Origin: an uncultured bacterium
GTDB taxonomy: Bacteria; Vulcanimicrobiota; CADAWZ01
DNA length: 64,000 bases
Direction: 5' to 3'
Assembly (NCBI GenBank): GCA_949288455.1
Contig: CASEKF010000019.1
Coordinates: 5,940-69,939 of the forward strand
In this document: piece by piece, positions 7,709 to 16,877 of the stretch
Numbering within the stretch: the first letter of the stretch is position 1
How the letters are laid out: the number at the start of each line of letters is the position of its first letter
Made by a program: the position numbers and the translations under genes
The notes under the pieces: generated by a model
The model's input: only the letters and a program-made list of their open reading frames with translations
Told to the model about the DNA's origin: nothing
Database searches by the model: none

Positions 7709-9586
7709 TTAATAACCCATCTTTCTTATGTCTTCCAAAAAATAACCGGTCTGCCTCAAAACCTGCATATCGCCGTCTATGTCTCTCCCGGACGACAGCT
7801 TATCAAGAATATCGTTCAAAGTAAACTCAAGCCGTTTAATTCCGGATTCAAAATTAGCCGCGCGTTCCCGAATGTCAGGAGAATTTAACAATGTCCCTGC
7901 CTTAGACTTATAGTCGCGTTTAACCTGCAGTATTAAATCTCTGTATTTTTTAAATTCCGCGATAAGATCGTTGCGAGCCAGGCTGCCTAACGTATATTGA
8001 GAAAAAGCGTTAAACAGCAATTCGAGTCTTGCGGGCAACGGATCTTGAGATAAAAACTCTTCATGCTCGGAGTTATAAGAAAGAGTCTTGGGTATAACGG
8101 CTCCGCACGAAGGACAAAGCCGCTCTCCCGTAGGACATATCTGTCCGCATCCGGGACATATAGAACGAGAAGACTTTGTAAGAGGAGAAATTCCCAAGTA
8201 AATTTCAATAAGCCTGGGAAGAGAAGCTTCTATGTCTCTCATACCAACGATAAGATGAGATTTATCGGAATCTTCCAAAAACGACATCAAATGATCTACT
8301 CCGGTCTTTTGAAGCTCAAGAAGCTCATAAGCCTCCATAGAAAGATGATTTCTCCCTGCCTTATCTCTAAATTGATAAAGAAGCTCCTGATGCCTTAAAG
8401 CAAAATCTTCAAGCTTGGTAGAGAAATATTCAAGCACGACCGAACCGGATAAATACCGGCCTATAACGTCCTTCAATTCCTCAATATACGGAGTCTTTGC
8501 GACTTTATTAAATTCGTCGGAAAACGCTTTTGAAAGTTTCGTTACGGACTCGTTAGCTTTCTCGAATTCAGAACATAAACGCTTGACGTCGACGTCGGAT
8601 AAGGCTGCTATTTGTTTGTAATCCCCTTTATAAATATTTTTCCAATATTTTTTAAAGTTCTCGACGTCTTCATATACTTCTAAAAAAGTATCTCTGACAA
8701 AAGGCAAATAATGGCTCTTTGAAACATAGTCGACTAAATTTCCGTAAGTTTTAACAAGAGCATCCAGTTTGTCGGACTCCGACTTTAAAGCGTTAGCCGA
8801 CAAAACTCCCTTTTTAGATGCCGCGAGCAATCTGCAATATTCGTCGACTAAAGGTATTTTAGAATATTCGCAATTTTTCGCCGAAAAAGCGTCCATAAGC
8901 CTTAAAACGGCATAAAAAGCCGGAGAAGCAAATTTCAAAAACCTAATGCCGTCTACCAAAGAAACATAATCATTTTCAGATAAAAACACATATAAAGCTC
9001 CAACGCCTTTTTTTAAATCTGAAAGCAATTTTTCCGCGGTTTTAATAATTTTGACCTGTTTTGGATAAAGAGCTCGAAAACCGGAAATATTTTTCCCCGA
9101 TAATTCTACGAACGAAGCTAAAGCCGGGACTAATACGGCAAAACTGGAAATTTCAATTTTACGCTTCGCGACTTTATAAGACGCCTTAATGATATAATTT
9201 ATTATTGGAACCGGAGATTCTATTCTTTCAGAACGCTTATATAACTCGCTTACCGACTCGGAAAGACGCATTATATATTTTTCGATAGAATAAATCACAG
9301 GATTTACTTCTACAAATCTACTTCTATTAATAACGCTCTCAAGATCCGAAAAAGCGCACTTTAAATCCTTGAAATCCTGGGAGATAAATCGTATTAAAGC
9401 TTCTATTTTTTCGTCGTCGTCAAAAAATACGGAAAGAGCCTTAAAAGTTTTCTCAAAATCAGAAATATAACTCCGGCTTTCGTCGATAAGCTTTTTCAAC
9501 TCGTCGACGCTATCTAGATCTCCCATCGCTACAGATTTGCCAAGATCTACCAAAGCTGCTATCTTAGGGGAAAAAATACCTGCCAT
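7709..9586 (-). CDS. hypothetical all-helical repeat protein with a zinc ribbon
   Basis: 625 aa, amphipathic helical repeats of about 115 aa; CPGCGQICPTGERLCPSCG zinc ribbon near residue 480. Confidence 0.7.
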   Translation of the reverse strand: MAGIFSPKIAALVDLGKSVAMGDLDSVDELKKLIDESRSYISDFEKTFKALSVFFDDDEKIEALIRFISQDFKDLKCAFSDLESVINRSRFVEVNPVIYSIEKYIMRLSESVSELYKRSERIESPVPIINYIIKASYKVAKRKIEISSFAVLVPALASFVELSGKNISGFRALYPKQVKIIKTAEKLLSDLKKGVGALYVFLSENDYVSLVDGIRFLKFASPAFYAVLRLMDAFSAKNCEYSKIPLVDEYCRLLAASKKGVLSANALKSESDKLDALVKTYGNLVDYVSKSHYLPFVRDTFLEVYEDVENFKKYWKNIYKGDYKQIAALSDVDVKRLCSEFEKANESVTKLSKAFSDEFNKVAKTPYIEELKDVIGRYLSGSVVLEYFSTKLEDFALRHQELLYQFRDKAGRNHLSMEAYELLELQKTGVDHLMSFLEDSDKSHLIVGMRDIEASLPRLIEIYLGISPLTKSSRSICPGCGQICPTGERLCPSCGAVIPKTLSYNSEHEEFLSQDPLPARLELLFNAFSQYTLGSLARNDLIAEFKKYRDLILQVKRDYKSKAGTLLNSPDIRERAANFESGIKRLEFTLNDILDKLSSGRDIDGDMQVLRQTGYFLEDIRKMGY

Positions 9587-9733
9587 AAAAACTCCTTAAA
9601 AATAGCGATAATCAAATATCAAAAACCCGCGATATTCTATTTTTTATATCAGCGGCAATACTCAACGTTATCTGCCAAAACTCTTGCGACAGCGCATGCC
9701 AAAATTTTCAAATAATATTCTCTTCTAAAGGAT

Positions 9734-9771
9734 GCGCCGTATATTCCTAGATTCAATAGGAATTACGGCGC
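9734..9771. terminator. stem-loop downstream of the 9866 gene
   Basis: GCGCCGTA-T-ATTCCTA / TAGGAAT-TACGGCGC hairpin; no clear U-tract. Confidence 0.45.
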
Positions 9772-9865
9772 CTAATCATAAATCTAAATATTCTAAACGC
9801 ATATAACCAATATATTTCAAAAAGATAGGCAAAGCGTTATGTTTTAGTCTAAAATTATCAATGCC

Positions 9866-11104
9866 TTAAAAAGCGTAACCGTACATTATTTTAGAAATAA
9901 GTTTTTCAGGATGAAGAGCCGAATCCTGCGAAGACGGATTAACGTTTATCGAAATTGCCGAGGAATATGGAGAGGAATTAATAACTCCCAACATATCTTC
10001 AGATAAAAATGAATTATATCCGACTTCTTTGTTATCTCTCTCCAAAATGCCTAAAGTCTCGGGTTCCCGAGTAGAATCCAGAGCTAATATATCTAAATTC
10101 AAAGGCGATTTTCCATCGAAACCGGCTAAGCCTAAAGCTGAACCGGAAGAATTATAAGAAGCGAGAGTCTCGCTGATACCGTTCCAGGCCGTCTCATATT
10201 TTTTCTCGCTGCCTTCGATAACGGGAACAGACGCCATACGAGTCATATCGAAGGAATCATCCCTAGCGGCTATAGCCTTAGCCGACAAAGCGTCGGGCAA
10301 TTCCATGGCAAGAGCCGAAGAAGGAGCCGCGGAAGCGGCGTCCCAAGCGGCGAGAGTCTCTAAGGGCAAATTTGAAAAGGCTACGCCGTTTTCAGCGGAA
10401 GTTTCATTAGAAGGAATTTCTACCGCGGCTATGGCTCTTTGCCTGGAAAGATCTAAAGTTTCGCCGGGAACAAGACCTAAAGCGGCTTCGGTTACGTTAG
10501 AAGCTACGGCAAAATCGCCAAGAAGCTCAGAAGGCAAAGTCTCCGCTATCTCAAGCCCCATAGGAGGCAAAGATACGGCTACGGTTTCTTTTGAATCCTG
10601 ATTAGGAATTACGGGATTTAAAGCTATGCCTTCAGCTAACTCAGGCATATCGATTTTAGGAATCTGAATAGTATTTAAAGCTAAGCCTTCTTCCCTTTCA
10701 GGGAAAGGTATATGGGGAATCTGAATAGTATTTACCGCCGCCAGTTGAGAAGAGTTTAATTCTTCGGCCTTAGGAATCTGAATTACGTTAAAACCTATAG
10801 CGGCAGACTCAGGCCGCGCGGCAAGAATCTGAGAACCTGCCAGGCCGGAATCTAAAGAAGCGATAGCCTCGCTTCCCAATCCCAAATATCCGCCAAGACT
10901 TCCCGACATAATGACGTCAAGCGATAAATTCTGTCCCGGCATATTGACTTCGGGCTGAGCGGCAGGGGCTCCTAAAGCCTTATCCAACATAAGATTTAAC
11001 GAAGCGGTTCCGGCTGCGGAAGATTGGCGTTCAATCTGAGAAACATGCCCAATTGAAGGCGAAGAAGAAGAATAATTTATGCCTAAATTACGGATTTCAT
11101 TCAT
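9866..11104 (-). CDS. hypothetical acidic low-complexity protein with short internal repeats
   Basis: 412 aa, Ala/Ser/Leu/Glu-rich; repeated N[TV]IQIP units; RBS GGGAGG; no recognisable domain. Confidence 0.7.
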   Translation of the reverse strand: MNEIRNLGINYSSSSPSIGHVSQIERQSSAAGTASLNLMLDKALGAPAAQPEVNMPGQNLSLDVIMSGSLGGYLGLGSEAIASLDSGLAGSQILAARPESAAIGFNVIQIPKAEELNSSQLAAVNTIQIPHIPFPEREEGLALNTIQIPKIDMPELAEGIALNPVIPNQDSKETVAVSLPPMGLEIAETLPSELLGDFAVASNVTEAALGLVPGETLDLSRQRAIAAVEIPSNETSAENGVAFSNLPLETLAAWDAASAAPSSALAMELPDALSAKAIAARDDSFDMTRMASVPVIEGSEKKYETAWNGISETLASYNSSGSALGLAGFDGKSPLNLDILALDSTREPETLGILERDNKEVGYNSFLSEDMLGVINSSPYSSAISINVNPSSQDSALHPEKLISKIMYGYAF

Positions 11105-11238
11105 AGCAAAATCCTCCCGTATATATTTTCTTATTTATAATTTTATCATAAAACAAATTCAAGAATATTTCAAATTTGTTAAATTTTAAAAAAAAATATC
11201 AATATATAAAAACCGAAAACGCTGACTTTTATAATAAA

Positions 11239-11589
11239 TTACGATATAAAATCCGCAGCCTGCGAATTAGATTTAAAAAATAAAAGCCGTTTAGATGCGT
11301 CGGCTGCTTGAATAGTTTTTAAGACCCGTTCGTTCTTTACGTTTGACAAAAGGAAAAACAAATCCAAACGCCGCTGATAATCATACAACTCAAGTAAAAA
11401 ACCAACCCCGGTAAAATCGATATATTCAAGCTGCGAACAATCTGCGACAACGCTTCCGGGATGTTCCGCAAGGTATGCGAAAACAGGAAAACGCATATGA
11501 ATAATATCAGGATAAGCCAGCTTTTTGTCAAGGGCAAAAATCAATACGGAATCAGAAAAAGATTTAAAAGAAAATTTTTCAGGAGGCAT
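11239..11589 (-). CDS. STAS domain protein (anti-sigma-factor antagonist-like)
   Basis: VVADCSQLEYIDFTGVGFL matches the STAS D-x-S-x-L-x-Y-I-D-x-x-G pattern; 116 aa. Confidence 0.8.
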   Translation of the reverse strand: MPPEKFSFKSFSDSVLIFALDKKLAYPDIIHMRFPVFAYLAEHPGSVVADCSQLEYIDFTGVGFLLELYDYQRRLDLFFLLSNVKNERVLKTIQAADASKRLLFFKSNSQAADFIS

Positions 11590-11595
11590 TATTTC

Positions 11596-11829
11596 TTATT
11601 CTGAAATCTGTTTTTTTGCGTCGGCAAGACCTTCGAGAATTTCGTCTATCATATCTATGGGAAACCTTACGCCCTTCTTAGTAGGCAAAGATTCTTCGGA
11701 ATCCTCGTTTGAATAATACTCCCTGACATCAATATAAGCGTTGTCCTTCCAATAAGCTATTTTAATCTTTATAGTTTTGCCATATCCCCTGTCTATAGAT
11801 TTTACTTCAATATCCTCAGGCATCGTCAA
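11596..11829 (-). CDS. PC4/p15 (YdbC-like) ssDNA-binding protein
   Basis: YIDVREYY and PTKKGVRF are PC4-family hallmarks; 77 aa. Confidence 0.85.
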   Translation of the reverse strand: MTMPEDIEVKSIDRGYGKTIKIKIAYWKDNAYIDVREYYSNEDSEESLPTKKGVRFPIDMIDEILEGLADAKKQISE

Positions 11830-11909
11830 ATCTCCTTAAACTCAAAATATATCGCAAAGATTAAGTATAATACCCAATTGAGAGACAAAAATATCTTTAA
11901 AACAATACG

Positions 11910-12389
11910 TCATTCGTTGATATAAAAATTAACGACTCCGTCAATAAGATAACCGGGATCGAAAACTATTCTCGAAGGAACGGACTCCTCCGGAACGGCA
12001 AATACAAGAAAACCGTTGGATATCATTCCGGGCTTCAAAATTTTTCCTTCAAGCTTAGGTTCTTTAGTGGAAATACACCACTGATATTCTTCTTCCTCTG
12101 AATCAATAAACGTAAATTGATAAGGACTGTATTCGTAATCGTCTCTTGACGAATTTAAAATCAAAACTTCGGCGCAGAAAAACTTCATAGCTCGACCGTT
12201 ATTTTGATCTTTTATATGATCTCTAATCAAGCTGTTTTTTTCTTTATATGGAGACACGGATAAAACGCCTACCGACACAGCGCCTATATCTACCCTATCG
12301 CCTATTTTAGAATCGACGTCTCCTTCGGCAAAAGCTCCGGACGCGAATAAGAAAACGATCAAAAAAAACAATACGACGCTTCTTTTCAT
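11910..12389 (-). CDS. DUF4352-like exported protein
   Basis: Signal peptide (AFA), YSPYQFTFIDS, LKPGMISNGFLVFAVP. Confidence 0.7.
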   Translation of the reverse strand: MKRSVVLFFLIVFLFASGAFAEGDVDSKIGDRVDIGAVSVGVLSVSPYKEKNSLIRDHIKDQNNGRAMKFFCAEVLILNSSRDDYEYSPYQFTFIDSEEEEYQWCISTKEPKLEGKILKPGMISNGFLVFAVPEESVPSRIVFDPGYLIDGVVNFYINE

Positions 12390-12505
12390 AATTTTAAAAA
12401 CCTTAGAAATTATTTTATTTTTTCTTTCCTCACAGATATGCTTTTTCCTGCAAAATAAATCGACTAATAAAACATATGACTTCGCGCAACTAACCTCAAA
12501 CTCCG

Positions 12506-14956
12506 TTATTTTTTCACGACAATATTTACCAGCTTATTCTTAACGGTAATAATTTTTAAAACGTCCTCTCTACGCATTCCCAATTTTTCAATAGCTAAAG
12601 AACTCATCTCCGATTCCGAAAGGCCTGAAGATATATCCATTTTTCCCCTGAGTTTGCCGTTTATCTGTATAATCATAGTTACGGAAGAGGAATTTAAAGC
12701 GTCTTCATTATACGAAGGCCATTCGGATTTAAATATCGATTCGTCCGCTCCCGTCATACTCCACAGTTCTTCGGCCATATGAGGAGCTAAAGGAGCGATT
12801 AATTTTACGGCTTTCGCAAGACAGGATAAAAGTAAATCTTCGTTTCCCTTATATTTTTCAGCCGCGGCGGTAAATTCCATCAAAGCCGAAATAGCGGTGT
12901 TGAACTGAAAACGCTCCAAATCTTCGGAGACTCGCTTAACCGTTTTTTCAGTCAGCGCAAAGAATTGCCTCTCTTCTTGAGAAAGATTTTCCAAAGCGGG
13001 AGATTTAAACTCGAAACCGCGCTTAGCAAAATTAGAAGCCGCAAGAGAATAAAATTTTCCGATAAACCTTTTTACGCCTACTACGAAAGCGTCGCTCCAT
13101 AAAACTTCTTTTTCTGAAGGAGCGGCGAAAAACATGGCCAATCTTGCGGCGTCAACTCCATGGGATTTCATCAGACTAATGGGAGAAACTACGTTGCCTT
13201 TAGACTTAGACATAATCTCGCCCTTCTCGTCCAGCACCATACCATGATTAAACAGCCTTAAAGCCGGTTCTTCCGAGCTGAGATATCCTCTGTCCTTTAA
13301 AAATTTATGAGCGAATCTAAAATAAATAAGATGCATACAGGCATGTTCGCTTCCTCCTATATACAAATCCACAGGAGTCCATTTATCGACTTTTATTTTA
13401 TTAAAAGGCTCTTCGCTATTTTTAGGATCGGTATATCTTAAGTAATACCAGGAAGAACACACAAACGTATCCAAAGTATCGGCGTCTCTCTTAGCGGGCT
13501 GACCGCATTTAGGACAGGCGACGTTAATAAAATTCTCGCAATCGGCAAGGGGAGAACGCCCCTTAGGAATAAAATCAATGTTGCCTTTAGGAAGAAGAAC
13601 CGGAAGTTCCTTCTCGTCTACGGGAACAAGACCGCATTCGGGACAATGAATTATAGGCACGGGAGCTCCCCAATATCTCTGCCTGGAAACAAGCCAGTCT
13701 CTAAGTTTATAATTGACGGTTCTACGTCCGACTCCGGCTTCTTCTACGGCTTCGGATATCTTAGTTATACCGTCGGAAGAAAATAGTCCGTTGAAAATAC
13801 CGGAATTCGCCATAACTCCTTCTTCAACATAAGCGTCAGTCATAGTCTCGGGAGATAATTCGGAACCTTTAGGCTCTATTACGATTTTCATAGGGATTCC
13901 ATACTTTTTAGCAAAAGCAAAATCTCTGGAATCATGAGCGGGAACTCCCATTACCACTCCGGTTCCGTATGAAGCTAATACGTAATCTCCTATCCACAAT
14001 TGAGCTTTTTCTCCGGAAAGAGGATTTATAACGTATCTTCCGGTAAAAACTCCGTCCTTTTCTCTTACCGTAGAAGTTCTGTCTATATCTGTCTTAAGCT
14101 GACTAGCCTTTATATAAGCTAAAACGCTTTCTTCATATGCGGTTCCCTTGACAAGCTCTTTAGATAAAGGGTGCTCGGGAGCCATAGCCATAAAAGTTAC
14201 TCCGAAAAGAGTATCGGCTCTTGTGGTAAACACTCTCACGCTGCCCGGATAATCTTCTATTTTGAATTCTATTTCTAATCCCTCGCTGCGGCCTATCCAA
14301 TTTCTTTGCATGGTTTTTATGCTTTCAGGCCATCCGTCAAGCATGTCCAAACCGTCCAGAAGACGCTGAGAGTAATCGGTAATCCTGATAAACCATTGAC
14401 GCATTTCCTTTTTTTCAACTTGCGTATGACAACGCCAGCATTCTCCGGAATTAACCTGCTCGTTAGCGAGAACTGTCTTACACGAAGGGCACCAATTTGC
14501 GAGAGCCGTTTTTCTGTAAGCTAAACCGGCTTTGTAAAGTTCAAGGAAAAGCCATTGAGTCCATTTATAATAATCCGGAACGCAAGTTTTAACTTCGCGT
14601 TCCCAATCGAAAGCGATGCCAAGCTTCTTTAAAGTCGAAGCGGAAGTTTCAATATTACCCATAGTCCAATGTTCCGGATCAACTCCGGCTTTTATAGCGG
14701 CTCCTTCGGCAGGCAAACCGAAAGCGTCCCAGCCAAACGGAAATAAAAGATCGAAACCCTCCATCATTTTCTTTCTGGCATATACGTCTGCGACAGAATA
14801 ATTTCTAAAATGTCCCATATGTATATCTCCGGAAGGATATGCGAACATTACTAAAAGATAAAATTTCTTTAAAGCTTCTTCCTTAGTCCGGAAAAGTTTC
14901 GTTTCATTCCAATATTTCTGCCATTTTTCTTCTATTTCCGAAAAATTATACTCCAT
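12506..14956 (-). CDS. leuS: leucine--tRNA ligase
   Basis: HMGH (HIGH), GWDAFGLPAE, IMSKSKGN (KMSKS); real start MEYNFSEIEEKWQ at 14956. Confidence 0.97.
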   Translation of the reverse strand: MEYNFSEIEEKWQKYWNETKLFRTKEEALKKFYLLVMFAYPSGDIHMGHFRNYSVADVYARKKMMEGFDLLFPFGWDAFGLPAEGAAIKAGVDPEHWTMGNIETSASTLKKLGIAFDWEREVKTCVPDYYKWTQWLFLELYKAGLAYRKTALANWCPSCKTVLANEQVNSGECWRCHTQVEKKEMRQWFIRITDYSQRLLDGLDMLDGWPESIKTMQRNWIGRSEGLEIEFKIEDYPGSVRVFTTRADTLFGVTFMAMAPEHPLSKELVKGTAYEESVLAYIKASQLKTDIDRTSTVREKDGVFTGRYVINPLSGEKAQLWIGDYVLASYGTGVVMGVPAHDSRDFAFAKKYGIPMKIVIEPKGSELSPETMTDAYVEEGVMANSGIFNGLFSSDGITKISEAVEEAGVGRRTVNYKLRDWLVSRQRYWGAPVPIIHCPECGLVPVDEKELPVLLPKGNIDFIPKGRSPLADCENFINVACPKCGQPAKRDADTLDTFVCSSWYYLRYTDPKNSEEPFNKIKVDKWTPVDLYIGGSEHACMHLIYFRFAHKFLKDRGYLSSEEPALRLFNHGMVLDEKGEIMSKSKGNVVSPISLMKSHGVDAARLAMFFAAPSEKEVLWSDAFVVGVKRFIGKFYSLAASNFAKRGFEFKSPALENLSQEERQFFALTEKTVKRVSEDLERFQFNTAISALMEFTAAAEKYKGNEDLLLSCLAKAVKLIAPLAPHMAEELWSMTGADESIFKSEWPSYNEDALNSSSVTMIIQINGKLRGKMDISSGLSESEMSSLAIEKLGMRREDVLKIITVKNKLVNIVVKK

Positions 14957-15023
14957 AACTGCAATTTCCTTAAAAGTTACTAATAAAATATTTAATCTGA
15001 ATTTAATTTTTATTCTCTGAGGT

Positions 15024-15132
15024 AAAAAAAAATCCTGCGCTCCTCGTTTTGACCAGGAGCGAATCCGGCTTACGGGATATTGAAACAAAAGGACGAGCGT
15101 CTTAGAAGACTCTCGTCCTGAAACGTCAATAT
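15024..15132 (-). terminator. two tandem terminator-like hairpins between the YHS gene and leuS
   Basis: Minus strand GGACGAG...CTCGTCC-TTTTGTTT and CGCTCCT...AGGAGCG-CAGGA-T9. Confidence 0.55.
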
Positions 15133-15136
15133 GGCG

Positions 15137-15907
15137 TCAATACAAAGGAATTTCCTCAATAACCATATCGTTAGGGCGCTTATCGGAAGGAGCTTGAGAT
15201 GGAGCTTGAGATGGAGCCTCGTCCGGAACGTCAAGCTTAAGTTCTTCCGCTTCTCCTCCGGAAGATCCGGAAGGCGAAGGCGGAGACGCGGGAGAACCCC
15301 CATGTTCCAAATTAATCTCCTCAACGTCGTTCGAAGACCCGCCTGAAGGCGGAGACGAAGGTTGAACTTTAAGCGGAATTTCGTCCGGCATAGGAATATT
15401 GTCAATTATATCCGAAGATCCCGAATCATTTGCGGGAGGAGGAGAAGATGCCGAACCTGAAGAGGAATCAGGCGTTTCCGAATAATCGGAATTCGAAGAG
15501 GAAGACGCGCTGCGCTCTTCTCCGGTATTTTGATCGTCAACCGGAATCTCGCGATAATTTTGAGCTTCATTTTCTGAAGGAAGCACTTGAATATCAATTT
15601 TAACCTTTAAGTCCTTAAGATATATCGAAGGATCATCTAAAAAAGATTTTTTACATATATTTCCACAACAATTAAATCTTTTGCCGGCTATTTCGACATA
15701 GAAATCGCCGGCAGGATTCACGGGCTTATGACACACCGGACATCTTTCGACGTTTTCAGGAGTCTGCCTTTCCTGAGCATACAATTCGGGAACGTCTTTT
15801 GGAGTAAGCTTTTCTTTAAGAAAAGCGAAAGCTCCAAATACGGCGCACATACCTATAATTATGCCTATTAAAACATAGTGAACGGTATTAAGCTTAAATT
15901 TTTCCAT
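15137..15907 (-). CDS. membrane-anchored YHS/TRASH-domain protein with acidic Pro/Ser-rich tail
   Basis: N-terminal TM helix; CPVCHKPV...YVEIAGKRFNCCGNICKKSFLDDPSIYL YHS motif; low-complexity C-terminus. Confidence 0.75.
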   Translation of the reverse strand: MEKFKLNTVHYVLIGIIIGMCAVFGAFAFLKEKLTPKDVPELYAQERQTPENVERCPVCHKPVNPAGDFYVEIAGKRFNCCGNICKKSFLDDPSIYLKDLKVKIDIQVLPSENEAQNYREIPVDDQNTGEERSASSSSNSDYSETPDSSSGSASSPPPANDSGSSDIIDNIPMPDEIPLKVQPSSPPSGGSSNDVEEINLEHGGSPASPPSPSGSSGGEAEELKLDVPDEAPSQAPSQAPSDKRPNDMVIEEIPLY

Positions 15908-15937
15908 AAAACTAGTCCTCTCGTCTGACGCAGTCGT

Positions 15938-16570
15938 CTATTCCGCGATCATATATTTTCGACAAGCCTCAACGATATTCTTTCTAATTCCGGGAATATT
16001 TTCAAGTTCGTCCATACTATATATGCCGCCCTTTTCCCGTATATAAGAAAAAATTTTCTCGGCGTTTTTTTCGCCTATTCCGGGTATATTGTCAAGATCT
16101 TTTTCCGTAGCGCCGTTAATATTAATTTTAGCCTCGCAGTCCGATAAAAAAGCTTCTTCAAATTTCTTATCGGATACTCTCTCGTTTTTCTTTTCGGCGT
16201 TCGAAAAAACAGGGATTTCAATACGTTCTCCGTCTCTCAATTTTCTGGCTAAATTAAGCCTATTAGCGTCTCCGCCGTCAACTACGCCTCCGGCGGCTTC
16301 GATTAAGTCTATGGCGAGAGAATCTTTAGGTATTTTATAAACTCCGGGATTTTTAACTTTTCCGCATATATGCACGTTTATAAATTCTAAATTTTCCGTC
16401 GATCGACTGTTATTATCCGCGGATTTAATATTATTATCCGCGGTCGCAACGACGACAAAATTCTCCTTGTCGTCTCCGTACGCCGCCATTTTCATACTTA
16501 ACGCTACGAGCGTTAAAAGAGCTATGCCTCCCAATAAAGCCGTGATCGCGTTAGTAAGTTTATTATGCAT
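15938..16570 (-). CDS. comEA: competence protein ComEA (SLBB plus helix-hairpin-helix)
   Basis: VHICGKVKNPGVY (SLBB), LNLARKLRDGERIEIP, KININGATEKDLDNIPGIG (HhH), N-terminal TM. Confidence 0.92.
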   Translation of the reverse strand: MHNKLTNAITALLGGIALLTLVALSMKMAAYGDDKENFVVVATADNNIKSADNNSRSTENLEFINVHICGKVKNPGVYKIPKDSLAIDLIEAAGGVVDGGDANRLNLARKLRDGERIEIPVFSNAEKKNERVSDKKFEEAFLSDCEAKININGATEKDLDNIPGIGEKNAEKIFSYIREKGGIYSMDELENIPGIRKNIVEACRKYMIAE

Positions 16571-16759
16571 AATTTCGCCTCGATTCTTCTAAAACATAAA
16601 CGTACGGAAAGTTCCCCGGCATATCTTTTAATATATAAAAAATTATGTCCAAGCATCTTTCTTGCCTTAAAGTATAAACGCGGAATATTTTGTTTTATAT
16701 TGAGAATATGTTAAAATTTAAACTTTAAATGTGAAATTTTTGTTAACCTAATAATATAA

Positions 16760-16805
16760 CGGCGCCTTCAAACCTCAATAAAATTAACAAGGTCTGAAGA
16801 CGCCG
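16760..16805 (-). terminator. stem-loop downstream of the permease gene
   Basis: CGGCGCCTTCAAACCT / AGGTCTGAAGACGCCG imperfect inverted repeat (mismatches become G-U pairs on the minus strand). Confidence 0.5.
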
Positions 16806-16877
16806 CCTCATATCGCAGACAATTCGTTTAAAGCGAAACTAATTAACGAAAATAAAAACTGAAATCCTGCGAAAAAC

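Noticed and set aside
14957-15136. T-box riboswitch upstream of leuS (also considered for thrS)
   Set aside because: No T-box consensus (GGTGGNACC) or Stem I visible.
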